A stretch of DNA of 34,113 nt from positions 1 through 34,113 of the forward strand of contig JBHIBG010000023.1 in the NCBI GenBank assembly GCA_046758965.1, read 5' to 3'. The notes under the pieces are model-generated. The model worked only from the letters and a program-made list of their open reading frames with translations, was not told the origin of the DNA and did no database searches. The first letter of the stretch is position 1. Each line of letters opens with the position of its first letter. Both the position numbers and the translations under genes were made by a program. Source of the DNA: Candidatus Methylomirabilia bacterium (lineage in GTDB: Bacteria > Methylomirabilota > Methylomirabilia > Rokubacteriales > CSP1-6). Positions 17,183 through 26,669 of this stretch are shown here, piece after piece.

Positions 17183-18898
17183 TTAGAACGCCTCTTCGGC
17201 CGCTGCGATGGCGTCGAGGTCAGCTCTGGTGTATGAGCCCAGGCTTCGAAAGTCCAGCTCGGCGTAGTTCCTGATCCATCGCATCGCGATCCTCACCGCC
17301 TTGCGGTACCGCGCCTCAGCCTCCGCATATGCCTGGCCCTTCCCGGTGGCCTGAAGCCGCGTCAGGATGTCGTCCGCCTCTTCCTGGAGCAGCCGCTTCA
17401 CCAGGGCAAAGGTATGCACCTGCGAGGGGTCGCGCGAGTCCCTGGCGCCGTGACGGACTCGCTGGGCGATTTGGGCCACTGACATCCGACCCGTAGCGAG
17501 ATCTTCCATCAGAGCGGGGTGGATCCCCGGTTTACCGGCCAGGCTATCGATCCCTTTGGCGCCCCGGCCGTTGAGCCACCCCTCGACATACTCGATCACC
17601 ATCCGGGCGTTGCGGCGCGTCCCTTCCACGGTGATCGGCCCGTCGGGAACCTTGATCTCAACGGGATAGTTGTCCGGGTTGGCCATCTCGGGCGTCGGCT
17701 TCCAGCCTGAGGCCCGGAGCTGCTTGAACGGATCTGCCGCAGTTTTCATGTGGAAGATGTGCGCCACCCAGCCTCTGAGGAAGCCCTGCTGGGCCTCCCA
17801 GATCTTGTCAGCTCTGATTCCTTCCGCCGCGACCCGGTTGACCTCGGGATCGCTGCTGGGAAGGGGGGTCGCCATGCCGCCGATGGGGACAGCGCCCCGC
17901 TTCAGACAGATCGCCACCAGGCGCCTGAAGACGTTGGCGAGAAACGGCGTCGTCTTGATGTCCACGCCGAATCGATCCGGCCACACCGCCTTGGGGTCCG
18001 CCATGACGTACTCAAAGATGCTGGCCTTGAAGTCCCAGCGGGCGGCGTTGAGCCCGGCGGCGTACGGCCCCAGGGCATGGAGCATCTCTTCCATCTGATA
18101 CGCCGCGGGCAGCGATTCCACCAGCACGATGGCTCTGATGACCGCGTTCTTGAGGAACGCCAGCTGCTCGCGGCTGGCGTCGAAGAAATCTCGATAGAAG
18201 GCCGCTTCCTCGGCCGACTCCAGCTTCGGGAGATAGAAATAGATTCCCTGCCCACGCTCGGCCTGCGCCCGGCCGGCGTAGAAGAGGGTCAGCGCGGTGC
18301 CGAGGATCGCGGCCGGGATCGGTGAGCCGTCCACGGTGACGTCCGGCTCATCCAGATGCAGGCCGCGCTCCCGGTGCATGAAGAACGGCAGCTCGCCCTC
18401 GGCGATCTTGTACTCTTTGCGCTTGTCGGGATCGAAGTATGTCAGTTCGTGATGGACGGCTGCCAGGCGGTTGTGCGTGGCTTTGACCGTGTCGATGAGG
18501 CGGTGCCCGCCGGAATCCTCGTCGTCGTCCAGGTCCCCCTCGGCCCGTTCGCCTTCCGGGCCGGGATTGAGGGCGTTGATGAACATGCTCGTGATGGAGG
18601 CCGGGCCTGAGATCTCGATCCCCAGCGTCTGCAGCTCCTCAGGGACCGGAGGCACCTGCCAGTCGCCGGTGTTGATCTGGCTCGTCGGCGGGTAGGTAGG
18701 CAGGATCCCCTGCTCGTGGGCGCGTTTGAGGACCTCTGCGCGGGCAGCCCTGAGCGTGGGGATCCGGGAGGTAAACTGATCGTGGAGCCGCACCAGGTAC
18801 TCCGCGAACTCCGGTGTAAACAGCTCGGCGGCTCCTTCCACCGGGGCGAAGCGTACATGCTTCATCGCCCCACTTCCTGAACGGACATTCCGAGCCAT
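17183..18898 (-). CDS. aceB: Malate synthase (A-like, divergent)
   Basis: EISGP, RERGLHLDE, YFYLPKLES, LVESL, LNAARWD, PIGGMA, LMEDLAT; strong AAGGAG RBS. Confidence 0.85.
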   Translation of the reverse strand: MARNVRSGSGAMKHVRFAPVEGAAELFTPEFAEYLVRLHDQFTSRIPTLRAARAEVLKRAHEQGILPTYPPTSQINTGDWQVPPVPEELQTLGIEISGPASITSMFINALNPGPEGERAEGDLDDDEDSGGHRLIDTVKATHNRLAAVHHELTYFDPDKRKEYKIAEGELPFFMHRERGLHLDEPDVTVDGSPIPAAILGTALTLFYAGRAQAERGQGIYFYLPKLESAEEAAFYRDFFDASREQLAFLKNAVIRAIVLVESLPAAYQMEEMLHALGPYAAGLNAARWDFKASIFEYVMADPKAVWPDRFGVDIKTTPFLANVFRRLVAICLKRGAVPIGGMATPLPSSDPEVNRVAAEGIRADKIWEAQQGFLRGWVAHIFHMKTAADPFKQLRASGWKPTPEMANPDNYPVEIKVPDGPITVEGTRRNARMVIEYVEGWLNGRGAKGIDSLAGKPGIHPALMEDLATGRMSVAQIAQRVRHGARDSRDPSQVHTFALVKRLLQEEADDILTRLQATGKGQAYAEAEARYRKAVRIAMRWIRNYAELDFRSLGSYTRADLDAIAAAEEAF

Positions 18899-19042
18899 GG
18901 CATCTCCTTCCTTTCTGGGCCTTCAATGGGAATCCGACGGGAGTGTATTTTTTCCACATTTGTCCGGACCCGTCAACGGGAAAATCCGGTGCCTCTGCGC
19001 GAGCTGTGGCAGAATGGGCGGGCGTCCGGAGGCCAATTCCCC

Positions 19043-20302
19043 ATGTCTGCTTCGTCCCGTCGCGCCGACACGCTCTGGCTGGCGGGCCTCTGCACGGCCC
19101 GCACGGGAGCCTCGATGATGTTCATGGCCTACCCTGCGATTCTCCCGATCGTTCAGCGCGAGTGGGAGCTCTCGGGGATCGCGGCGGGCTCCATCTCGTC
19201 GGCCATCCAGCTCGGCACGGCCGTCTCGCTGGCGACGGTCTCGGCCCTGGCTGACTGGGTCGGCGCGCGGCGGGTCTTCCTCTGGTCAAGCTTCGCCGCG
19301 GCCGGCGTCGCCCTGCTCCTGCCGGTCTTGGCCCAGGGATATCTCTCGGCCCTCGTGCTCTTCGCGACAGTGGCCGTCTCCCTGGCCGGCACCTACACCC
19401 CGGGGCTCATCCTGCTCGCCGATCGCTTCCCCGTTGAGCGGCGCGGGTGGGCGATCGGCTGGTTCATCGCCTCATCTTCGTTCGGCTACGCGCTGGCGCT
19501 GGCGGTGGCCGGGCTTCTGGTCACCCTCGCGGGGTGGCGCACAGCCCTCTTTGCCCTTGCGCTGGGACCGGTCATGTGCGCGGTCCTGGCGGTCCCGATC
19601 CTGCGCGGCACAGCACCGCGGCAGCTCTTCGGAGCCTCCGTCTCGTGGAAGTTCGGGGACGACCTGCTGCGCAATCGCGCGGCCCAGCTGATGATTGCTG
19701 GATATACGTTCCACTCCTGGGAGCTCCTGGGGATGTGGGCGTGGACCCCGGCGTTCCTGAGCGTGGTGCTAGGCTCGCACGGCCTGGATGTAAGCCGCTC
19801 GGCCGGCATCGGCGCGAACTTGACCGCGCTCTTCCACGTGATGGGGATCGTCGCCACCAGCCTGGGCGGCTGGCTCTCCGACCGCTGGGGGCGCACGGCG
19901 GTCATTATCGGCATGATGGCCGTCAGCACAACCTGCTCACTCACATTCGGGTGGCTCCTGACCGCGCCACTGGCGCTGGTCATGCTGGTGGGGCTCGTCT
20001 ACGGCTTCTCGGCCATCGGCGACTCGCCGGTCTACTCCACGGGGATCACCGAGGTGGTGAAACCTTCGCACCTGGGCTCGGTGCTGGCGGTGCGTTCGCT
20101 CCTGGGCTTTGGGGCCGGAGCCGTGGCGCCCCTGGCATTCGGGGCGGTGTTGGACTTCACCAGCGATCGGGCGGTCTCAGCAGGTGGGATCTGGGGGTGG
20201 GCCTTCTCGGTCCTGGGGATCGGCGGATTTCTCGGGATCTGCTCCATGCTCTGGCTTCGGGCGCTGCCTGAAAGCAGCCGGCTTGCTGGTGGCAAGCGTT
20301 AG
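19043..20302 (+). CDS. MFS transporter
   Basis: About 12 hydrophobic segments; motif A-like LADWVGARRV and GWLSDRWGR; HSWELLGMWAW; GGAGG RBS. Confidence 0.9.
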   Translation: MSASSRRADTLWLAGLCTARTGASMMFMAYPAILPIVQREWELSGIAAGSISSAIQLGTAVSLATVSALADWVGARRVFLWSSFAAAGVALLLPVLAQGYLSALVLFATVAVSLAGTYTPGLILLADRFPVERRGWAIGWFIASSSFGYALALAVAGLLVTLAGWRTALFALALGPVMCAVLAVPILRGTAPRQLFGASVSWKFGDDLLRNRAAQLMIAGYTFHSWELLGMWAWTPAFLSVVLGSHGLDVSRSAGIGANLTALFHVMGIVATSLGGWLSDRWGRTAVIIGMMAVSTTCSLTFGWLLTAPLALVMLVGLVYGFSAIGDSPVYSTGITEVVKPSHLGSVLAVRSLLGFGAGAVAPLAFGAVLDFTSDRAVSAGGIWGWAFSVLGIGGFLGICSMLWLRALPESSRLAGGKR

Positions 20303-20399
20303 CAGGCGCACGATCCGGCGGTCCGGACGGACAACCCGACACTCTGGCTCTGGTATGATGTGTGTACTCGGTCGGGAGGGCTCAGGGAGAGAGGTCAGC

Positions 20400-21077
20400 G
20401 TGTCGGCCGACGGTCATCGTTCCTCGGCGATGGGAGCGGCAGAATTCAGTCCGGATTCGATCCGGCTGGAGGTGGAGCCGATTCTCCGCTTCCAGCGTTA
20501 CAGGAGCGTTGATCAGGTCCCGCCCCCCATCCTCGAAGTGGCAGTGGAGATGATGGCTGTCGCGGAGAAGCTGATCGACCCGCGGGTCTGTTTCGTGCGT
20601 CGTCTCGTCGGGCGTCTCACCGTCGACACGCTGACGGTGTCAGGCGGGCCAACCTTTCACGGGCAGTGCCTCGGGACCCACTGCGCCGGGGCTCACGAGC
20701 TGGTCTGCTTCCTCCTCACGATCGGCCCCGCGCTGGACGACCGGGTCGCGGAGATGACGGACCGGAACGATCTCCTCGAGGCGCTCTTCCTCGACACGGC
20801 CGGCTGGCTTGCGATCGAACGAACGTTTCGCGCCTTCAGGGCTTGCCTGGCTCGGCGTCTGCGCCCGTCGGGGTTCCGGCTGAGCCCCCGCTTGGGGCCC
20901 GGATACCTGGACTGGGCGTTGACGGAGCAGGCGGCGCTCTTCTCGCTGTTCGAGGGCGTACGGGCTCGTTCCACGCTGACCGAGCACTGCGTGATGGTTC
21001 CGCAGAAGTCGCTCTCGGGTCTGTTCGGACTCATTCGTGAGGGGCGCGTCCCCGGGCCGCTGACGGAGAGTGGGTGA
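20400..21077 (+). CDS. Stand-alone B12-dependent methionine synthase activation-domain-like protein (start 20400 GTG or 20430 ATG)
   Basis: FLLTIGPALD, LLEALFLDTAGWLAIE, RLGPGYLDWALTEQ, LTEHCVMVPQKSLSGLFG. Confidence 0.75.
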   Translation: MSADGHRSSAMGAAEFSPDSIRLEVEPILRFQRYRSVDQVPPPILEVAVEMMAVAEKLIDPRVCFVRRLVGRLTVDTLTVSGGPTFHGQCLGTHCAGAHELVCFLLTIGPALDDRVAEMTDRNDLLEALFLDTAGWLAIERTFRAFRACLARRLRPSGFRLSPRLGPGYLDWALTEQAALFSLFEGVRARSTLTEHCVMVPQKSLSGLFGLIREGRVPGPLTESG

Positions 21078-22702
21078 TGGGTTTGATCAGGGAGCTGACC
21101 CGACTTCAAGCCCAACACGGCTATCTCCGCAAGAAAGATCTTGACGCCCTGAGCGAGCGTCTGAGAGTTCCGCCGTATCGGATCCAGGAGGTGGCCTCCT
21201 TCTACCCCCATTTCCGTCTCACCCCGCCTCCGATCCGGGAGGTCGCCGTCTGCCGAGACCTCTGCTGCTTCCTCAACGGGAGTGAGGGCTTCGGCGCCAG
21301 ACTCCGAGAGCGGCTGGCGGGGAGAGGGGACGTGGAGATCCGCGAAGTCTCTTGTCTCGGCCGGTGCGACCGGGCTCCCGCAGCTTCGGTGAACGGCAGT
21401 CCGGTCCGCGGCGGTGACGCCGAAGCGGTCGCGGCGCTCCTCGAACATCCCCGCAGCCGACCGGGCCTCGCGCGTTCGGGAGGGGGCCGCAGATGGCGCA
21501 TGGATCCGTACGGCGAGGGCGAGGCCCCGTTCTCTATCTACCGCACCTGGGCCGCGCGCCCCGACGACCGGGCCGCTGAGGTGACCGAGACGCTCAAGGC
21601 CGCTGGCCTCAGAGGGATGGGGGGAGCGGGGTTCCCTACCGGAACGAAGTGGGAGCTGGTCAGGCGGGAGGCGGCCAGCCCGAAGTACGTGGTCTGCAAC
21701 GCGGACGAGAGCGAGCCCGGCACATTCAAGGACCGCGTCCTCCTGGAGGAGCTGCCGCACCTGGTCATCGAGGGGATCTGTTTCGCCGCCGCGGTGGTGG
21801 GAGCCGAGCGCGGCTGGATCTATCTTCGGCAAGAGTACGAGCATGCCGCGCCTCCGCTCGAACGCGCCATCGCCGAAGCCCGCAGTCGCGGTGTCCTCGG
21901 CGGGACGTTCGACATCGAGATCTTCCTCTCCCCGGGTGGCTACATTCTGGGCGAGGAGACCGCGCTCCTGGAGGCGCTCGAGGACCGGCGGGGCGAGCCT
22001 CGGAACAGGCCCCCGTATCCGGGGAGCCGAGGGCTCCGGGGCAATCCCACCGTCGTGAATAATGTGGAGACGCTGGCCATGGTGCCGGGGATCGTTGGCC
22101 GCGGGGCGGAGTGGTGGAAGGGCCAGGGAGTTCGGGGCCACCAGGGGCTCAAGGTGATGGCGGTGTCGGGCCACGTCGAGCGGCCCGGGGTCTACGAGAT
22201 CTCCATGGGGACCACGGCAGCCGAGCTGATCCAGATGGCGGGTGGCGTGAAGGCCGGCCAGCCTCTCAAGGCCTTTGCTCCAGGCGGGGCCAGTGCCCCC
22301 TTTCTCCCGGCGGAGAAGGCCGAGCTGCCGATCGATTTCAGCTCGGTTGAGGCGGCAGGCAGCCTCTTGGGCTCGGGAGGGCTCGTGGTGATCGCTGACG
22401 GGACGGACATGATCGCGGTGGCGGCCAACGTGGTGCGCTTCTTCCGCAATGAGTCCTGCGGCAAGTGCGTGCCGTGTCGGACCGGGACAGAAAAGGTCTC
22501 CCGGATGCTTGCTGACATCCTGGCCGGGTACGGCGGCGGGGCCCTGGTCGAGCTCCTGCCCCGGCTCGAAGAAACTCTTGCGCAGACCTCCATCTGCGGG
22601 CTGGGGCAGGTTGCGTTGAACCCGCTCACCTCTGCGCTGAAATACTGGCGCCCTGAGCTAGACGCCCATCTCGCGAGGTCCAACGCGAGGGCACACGCAT
22701 GA
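21077..22702 (+). CDS. NAD-dependent formate dehydrogenase beta/diaphorase subunit (NuoE-NuoF fusion)
   Basis: NuoE-like VASFYPHF, CRDLCC, CLGRCDRAP [2Fe-2S]; NuoF-like GLRGMGGAGFPTG, CNADESEPGTFKDR, GEETALLE, ESCGKCVPCR, SICGLG. Confidence 0.9.
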   Translation: MGLIRELTRLQAQHGYLRKKDLDALSERLRVPPYRIQEVASFYPHFRLTPPPIREVAVCRDLCCFLNGSEGFGARLRERLAGRGDVEIREVSCLGRCDRAPAASVNGSPVRGGDAEAVAALLEHPRSRPGLARSGGGRRWRMDPYGEGEAPFSIYRTWAARPDDRAAEVTETLKAAGLRGMGGAGFPTGTKWELVRREAASPKYVVCNADESEPGTFKDRVLLEELPHLVIEGICFAAAVVGAERGWIYLRQEYEHAAPPLERAIAEARSRGVLGGTFDIEIFLSPGGYILGEETALLEALEDRRGEPRNRPPYPGSRGLRGNPTVVNNVETLAMVPGIVGRGAEWWKGQGVRGHQGLKVMAVSGHVERPGVYEISMGTTAAELIQMAGGVKAGQPLKAFAPGGASAPFLPAEKAELPIDFSSVEAAGSLLGSGGLVVIADGTDMIAVAANVVRFFRNESCGKCVPCRTGTEKVSRMLADILAGYGGGALVELLPRLEETLAQTSICGLGQVALNPLTSALKYWRPELDAHLARSNARAHA

Positions 22703-25548
22703 GTGTGCTCACGGCTGCCACTCCTCGCTCAGCCGACAGTCGACCCGTCACGCTCACCATCGACGGACAGGAGGTCACCGTCGCCGAGGGGACGACCCTC
22801 TGGCAGGCGGCGCGGGAGATCGGGATCGACATCCCGGTGCTGTGCCACGATCCGCGCCTGCGCCCGGTCGGTGTCTGCCGCGTGTGCGTGGTCGACGTGG
22901 GGGAGCGGGTCCTGGCAGCCTCGTGCGTGCGCGCCGCGGCTCCCGGCATGAAGGTGGTCACGCACTCCGACAAGGTGGAGCGCTGCCGGATGACCCTCAC
23001 GGAGCTCCTCCTGGCCGACTATCCCGATGAGTCGCTCCGGGAGCAGACCACGGGTGACGATATGCTCCTCGCTCTCGCGCGCCGCTATCGGCTTCAGCCG
23101 GGGGCGCTCCCGCGCGGGGTCGGCCGGGGGAAGGACCTCTCTTCGCCGGTCATCGCGGTGGACCACAGCGCGTGCATCCTCTGCGACCGCTGCATCAGGG
23201 CCTGCGACGAGATCCAGCACAATGACGTGATCGGGCGGACGGGCAAGGGCTACACAGCGCGGATTGCCTTCGACCGGGACCTGCCGATGGGGAGGAGCAG
23301 CTGTGTCTCGTGCGGCGAGTGCGCGGCGGTCTGCCCCACGGCGGCGCTGACGAACACACCCCTCACCATCCCGATCAGATCCCGCGCCGAGCTCACGGCT
23401 GTGGACTCGGTGTGCCCGTACTGCGGGGTGGGCTGCGCCCTCACCTTCCACGTGGATCCGGCCAGGAACGCCGTGGTCTTCGTCGACGGCCGGCCGGGCT
23501 CGGGGAACCAGGCCCGTCTCTGCGTCAAGGGACGCTACGGCTTCGATTATGCGCTCCACCCACAGCGGCTTACGGTCCCGCTCATCCGGAGGCCCGACCG
23601 CTATCCGAAGGGCCCGCTGTCGGGAGACGTGAAAGGGACGGGGACGCGGCGCAAGCCCGGCGGGCTGGTGGACTACGGGGAGGTCCTACCGGCCTTCCGC
23701 GAGGCCTCATGGGACGAAGCCCTGGAGCTCGTGGCGCGCCGGCTGAAGACGCTCAAGGAGAGCTACGGGGCGCGCGCCCTGGCGGGGTTTGGTTCGGCGA
23801 AGTGCAGCAACGAGGAGGCCTACCTCTTCCAGAGGCTGGTCCGCGCGGTCTTTGGCACCAACAACGTGGACCACTGCACGCGCCTCTGCCACGCCTCGTC
23901 GGTGGCGGCGCTGCTGGAGACGATCGGCTCGGGGGCGGTGACCAACGTCTACGTGGATGTCCGGAACGCCGAGGTAGCGCTCGTGGCGGGGAGCAACACG
24001 ACCTACAACCACCCCGTTGCGGCGACCTTTATCAAGGATGCGGCCTCTCACGGCACCACGCTCATCGTTGTGGATTCCCGGGAGACGGGGATCGCCCGGC
24101 ACGCTCACCACTTTCTGTGGATCAACCCGGGCTCGGACGTCGCCCTCTACAACGCCTGGATGCACGTGATGATCGCCGAAGGCCTGGTGGCTCACGACTA
24201 CATCAAGAGCCGCACGGAGGGGTTCGAGGCCCTGAAGGCAGTCGTGCAGCGCTATGCGCCCGAGGTGGCCGAGAAGATCTGCGGGGTGCCCGCCGGCAAG
24301 ATTCGGGAGGTGGCCCGCGTATTCGGGCGCTCGAAAGCCTCGATGATCTTCTGGGGGATGGGGATCTCGCAGCACACGCACGGCACGGACAACGCCCGCT
24401 GCCTCATCTCTCTCGCGCTACTCACCGGGAACGTGGGTCGGCCGGGCACGGGGCTCCATCCGCTGCGAGGCCAGAACAACGTGCAGGGAGCTTCGGATGC
24501 GGGGCTGATTCCCATGGTCTACCCGGACTACCAGAGCGTGGAGGACCCCGGGATCCGGCGGCGCTTCGAGGAGGCCTGGGGAGTCCGCCTCGATCCGAAG
24601 AGGGGGCTCACCGTCGTAGAGATCATCACTGCGGCGCTGGAGCGGGAGATCCGCGGGATGTACATGATGGGGGAAAATCCCTTCCTGTCAGATCCCAACA
24701 TCAACAAGGTGCGGAAAGCCCTATCCTCCCTGGACTTCCTCTGCGTGCAGGAGATCTTTCTCACGGAGACGGCGGAGTTCGCTGACGTCGTGCTCCCCGC
24801 TACCTCCTTCCTCGAGAAGACGGGGACCTACACCAACACCGACCGGCGGGTGCAGATCGGGCGGAGGGTGCTGGAGCCGCCGGCGCAGGCGCGGTTGGAC
24901 TGGGAGATCATCTGCGAGGTCGCACGCCGCATGGGGTACAGGATGGAGTACCGAGACGTGAAGGAGGTCTTTGACGAGCTCACGAGGCTGGCCCCGAGCT
25001 ACGCGGGGCTCACTTACGAGAACCTGGAGCCGTACGGCAAGCTCTGGCCGTGCCCCGATCCCGGGGCGAGTGACGGCATCGAGCTCCTCTTCGGCGAGGG
25101 CTTCCCCACGCCCACGGGGCGGGGGAAACTCGTGCCGGCGGAGTACCGGCCGTCAGCCGAACTCCCGGACCCGAACTACCCCTTCGTGCTCAACACCGGC
25201 CGGGTGCTCGAGCACTGGCACACCGGGAGCATGACCCGACGCTCCCGGGCTCTCCACGCGATTGAGCCCGAGGCCTTCTGCGAGATGCGCTCCGAGGACC
25301 TGGCGGAGCTGGGCGTCGCGGAAGGGGGTTACGTTTCAGTGAGCTCTCGCCGGGGCTCGATCACGCTCAGGGTCCGCGCCTCCACCGGCCCGGGCCGGGG
25401 GAGCGTGTTCGTCCCGTTCCACTTCCGCGAGGCCGCCGCCAACGTGCTGACCAACGATCAGCTCGACCCGAGCGGCAAGATCCCCGAGTTCAAGTTCTGC
25501 GCCGTGCGCGTCGAGAAGGTCGCGGCGTTGCCAGGCTTCGATCCTTGA
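22699..25548 (+). CDS. fdhF: Formate dehydrogenase alpha subunit (Mo/W-bisPGD, Cys ligand)
   Basis: N-terminal [2Fe-2S], CILCDRCIRAC, CVSCGECAAVCP, CPYCGVGC...LCVKGRYG, active site NNVDHCTRLCHASS, LRGQNNVQG, IPEFKFCAV; ATGA overlap with the beta subunit. Confidence 0.93.
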   Translation: MSVLTAATPRSADSRPVTLTIDGQEVTVAEGTTLWQAAREIGIDIPVLCHDPRLRPVGVCRVCVVDVGERVLAASCVRAAAPGMKVVTHSDKVERCRMTLTELLLADYPDESLREQTTGDDMLLALARRYRLQPGALPRGVGRGKDLSSPVIAVDHSACILCDRCIRACDEIQHNDVIGRTGKGYTARIAFDRDLPMGRSSCVSCGECAAVCPTAALTNTPLTIPIRSRAELTAVDSVCPYCGVGCALTFHVDPARNAVVFVDGRPGSGNQARLCVKGRYGFDYALHPQRLTVPLIRRPDRYPKGPLSGDVKGTGTRRKPGGLVDYGEVLPAFREASWDEALELVARRLKTLKESYGARALAGFGSAKCSNEEAYLFQRLVRAVFGTNNVDHCTRLCHASSVAALLETIGSGAVTNVYVDVRNAEVALVAGSNTTYNHPVAATFIKDAASHGTTLIVVDSRETGIARHAHHFLWINPGSDVALYNAWMHVMIAEGLVAHDYIKSRTEGFEALKAVVQRYAPEVAEKICGVPAGKIREVARVFGRSKASMIFWGMGISQHTHGTDNARCLISLALLTGNVGRPGTGLHPLRGQNNVQGASDAGLIPMVYPDYQSVEDPGIRRRFEEAWGVRLDPKRGLTVVEIITAALEREIRGMYMMGENPFLSDPNINKVRKALSSLDFLCVQEIFLTETAEFADVVLPATSFLEKTGTYTNTDRRVQIGRRVLEPPAQARLDWEIICEVARRMGYRMEYRDVKEVFDELTRLAPSYAGLTYENLEPYGKLWPCPDPGASDGIELLFGEGFPTPTGRGKLVPAEYRPSAELPDPNYPFVLNTGRVLEHWHTGSMTRRSRALHAIEPEAFCEMRSEDLAELGVAEGGYVSVSSRRGSITLRVRASTGPGRGSVFVPFHFREAAANVLTNDQLDPSGKIPEFKFCAVRVEKVAALPGFDP

Positions 25549-25930
25549 CAGGCCCTTTCCGAGTTTTCTTGACAGCCCCCAGGAGCAGAGCATAGATGGG
25601 ATGAAGCGGCCGGCCTCTCGCTCGACGTGGTGGTATACACTGCCCCACAAGAGCACACACGCGGTCAACGCCGCAGAAGGAGAGGCCAGCCATGGACCAT
25701 CTCTGAAAGCGCTGCGCGATGTCAATCCTTCGTGGGCCTGGTCAGCCGTATCAAGGGTCCGGCTTGCCCGCGGGCTCTTGTCGTGGTTGCTTCCCATCGG
25801 AGATCGGTTTCGTCGGAGTCGCCTCTTCGCCGTCTGGGCGGCATGATGATGTCCCGAGGGATCTCGCAATCATATTTCGAGCTTCGCGAGCTCATGGGCC
25901 AACCGCGCTTCGAGCACGCTTGAGAACTGC

Positions 25931-26584
25931 TCAGAACTCTCTGCCTTCCATATACCAGTCAAGCAAATCCGGAATCGTGTCAAATAACTCCCCCCGTGTT
26001 TCGTTCGTCATTGCATCTACGTCTTCCTTCCTTAACCACTTTCCGCCTGGCACTCTGAACCTCGTCCACTCACGCTGGTCCCTAGGCTTGCCGTACCACC
26101 ATTCCTGCATCTCGGAGCCGACATCGAATAGCTTCGCGCGCTGTCTTTCAGAAAGCTCGTCCAACTCGCCACGCGTGAAACGTTTGATCCCGTGATCGGC
26201 CTGAACTATCGGAAACGTATCGGCCTCTTGTTCACGCTGCAGGTCCCTCACTTGCTCCGCCAATTTCCTCGGAACCCACACCTCATGCGACGGCGATAGC
26301 TTCGTGCGACGTTCTCTCGTGGCAATCAGTGCAATCCAACCCAGACCTATGACTATGAGAACCAGTTGGACTGCCGTGTACGATAGGACACTGAGGGCCG
26401 CAGCTAGATATCCGCCACGGATCTTCTCACTAAGAAATTCAAGGTTCGACCATGTGTCAACTATCCTGTAGATGCGCTCAAGAAAAGCCATCAGGAACAA
26501 CACCCAGCCTGGTATTGACCATTTCCTAAAGAGTGGTCGAACGCAAGACATTGAGCGATTCGGAAGTTGGGTGCTGTCTTTCAT
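25931..26584 (-). CDS. Hypothetical membrane protein with a C-terminal 30-aa duplicated motif
   Basis: Hydrophobic segments IPGWVLFLMAFL and YLAAALSVLSYTAVQLVLIVIGLGWIALIA; lower GC than the flanking core genes; internal repeat. Confidence 0.6.
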   Translation of the reverse strand: MKDSTQLPNRSMSCVRPLFRKWSIPGWVLFLMAFLERIYRIVDTWSNLEFLSEKIRGGYLAAALSVLSYTAVQLVLIVIGLGWIALIATRERRTKLSPSHEVWVPRKLAEQVRDLQREQEADTFPIVQADHGIKRFTRGELDELSERQRAKLFDVGSEMQEWWYGKPRDQREWTRFRVPGGKWLRKEDVDAMTNETRGELFDTIPDLLDWYMEGREF

Positions 26585-26669
26585 CTAACGAAATATTCTA
26601 CACCCTTATGAGGCACTTGGCTGAGCGGTACCGGCAGGCTTGAGGGTGGGACCTACTAGACGGCGACTC

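Noticed and set aside
25692..25706. Strong RBS (AAGGAG) plus ATG GAC CAT CTC TGA as a possible selenoprotein start near fdh
   Set aside because: The read-through product has no recognisable motif, no convincing SECIS was seen, and the FDH itself uses Cys.
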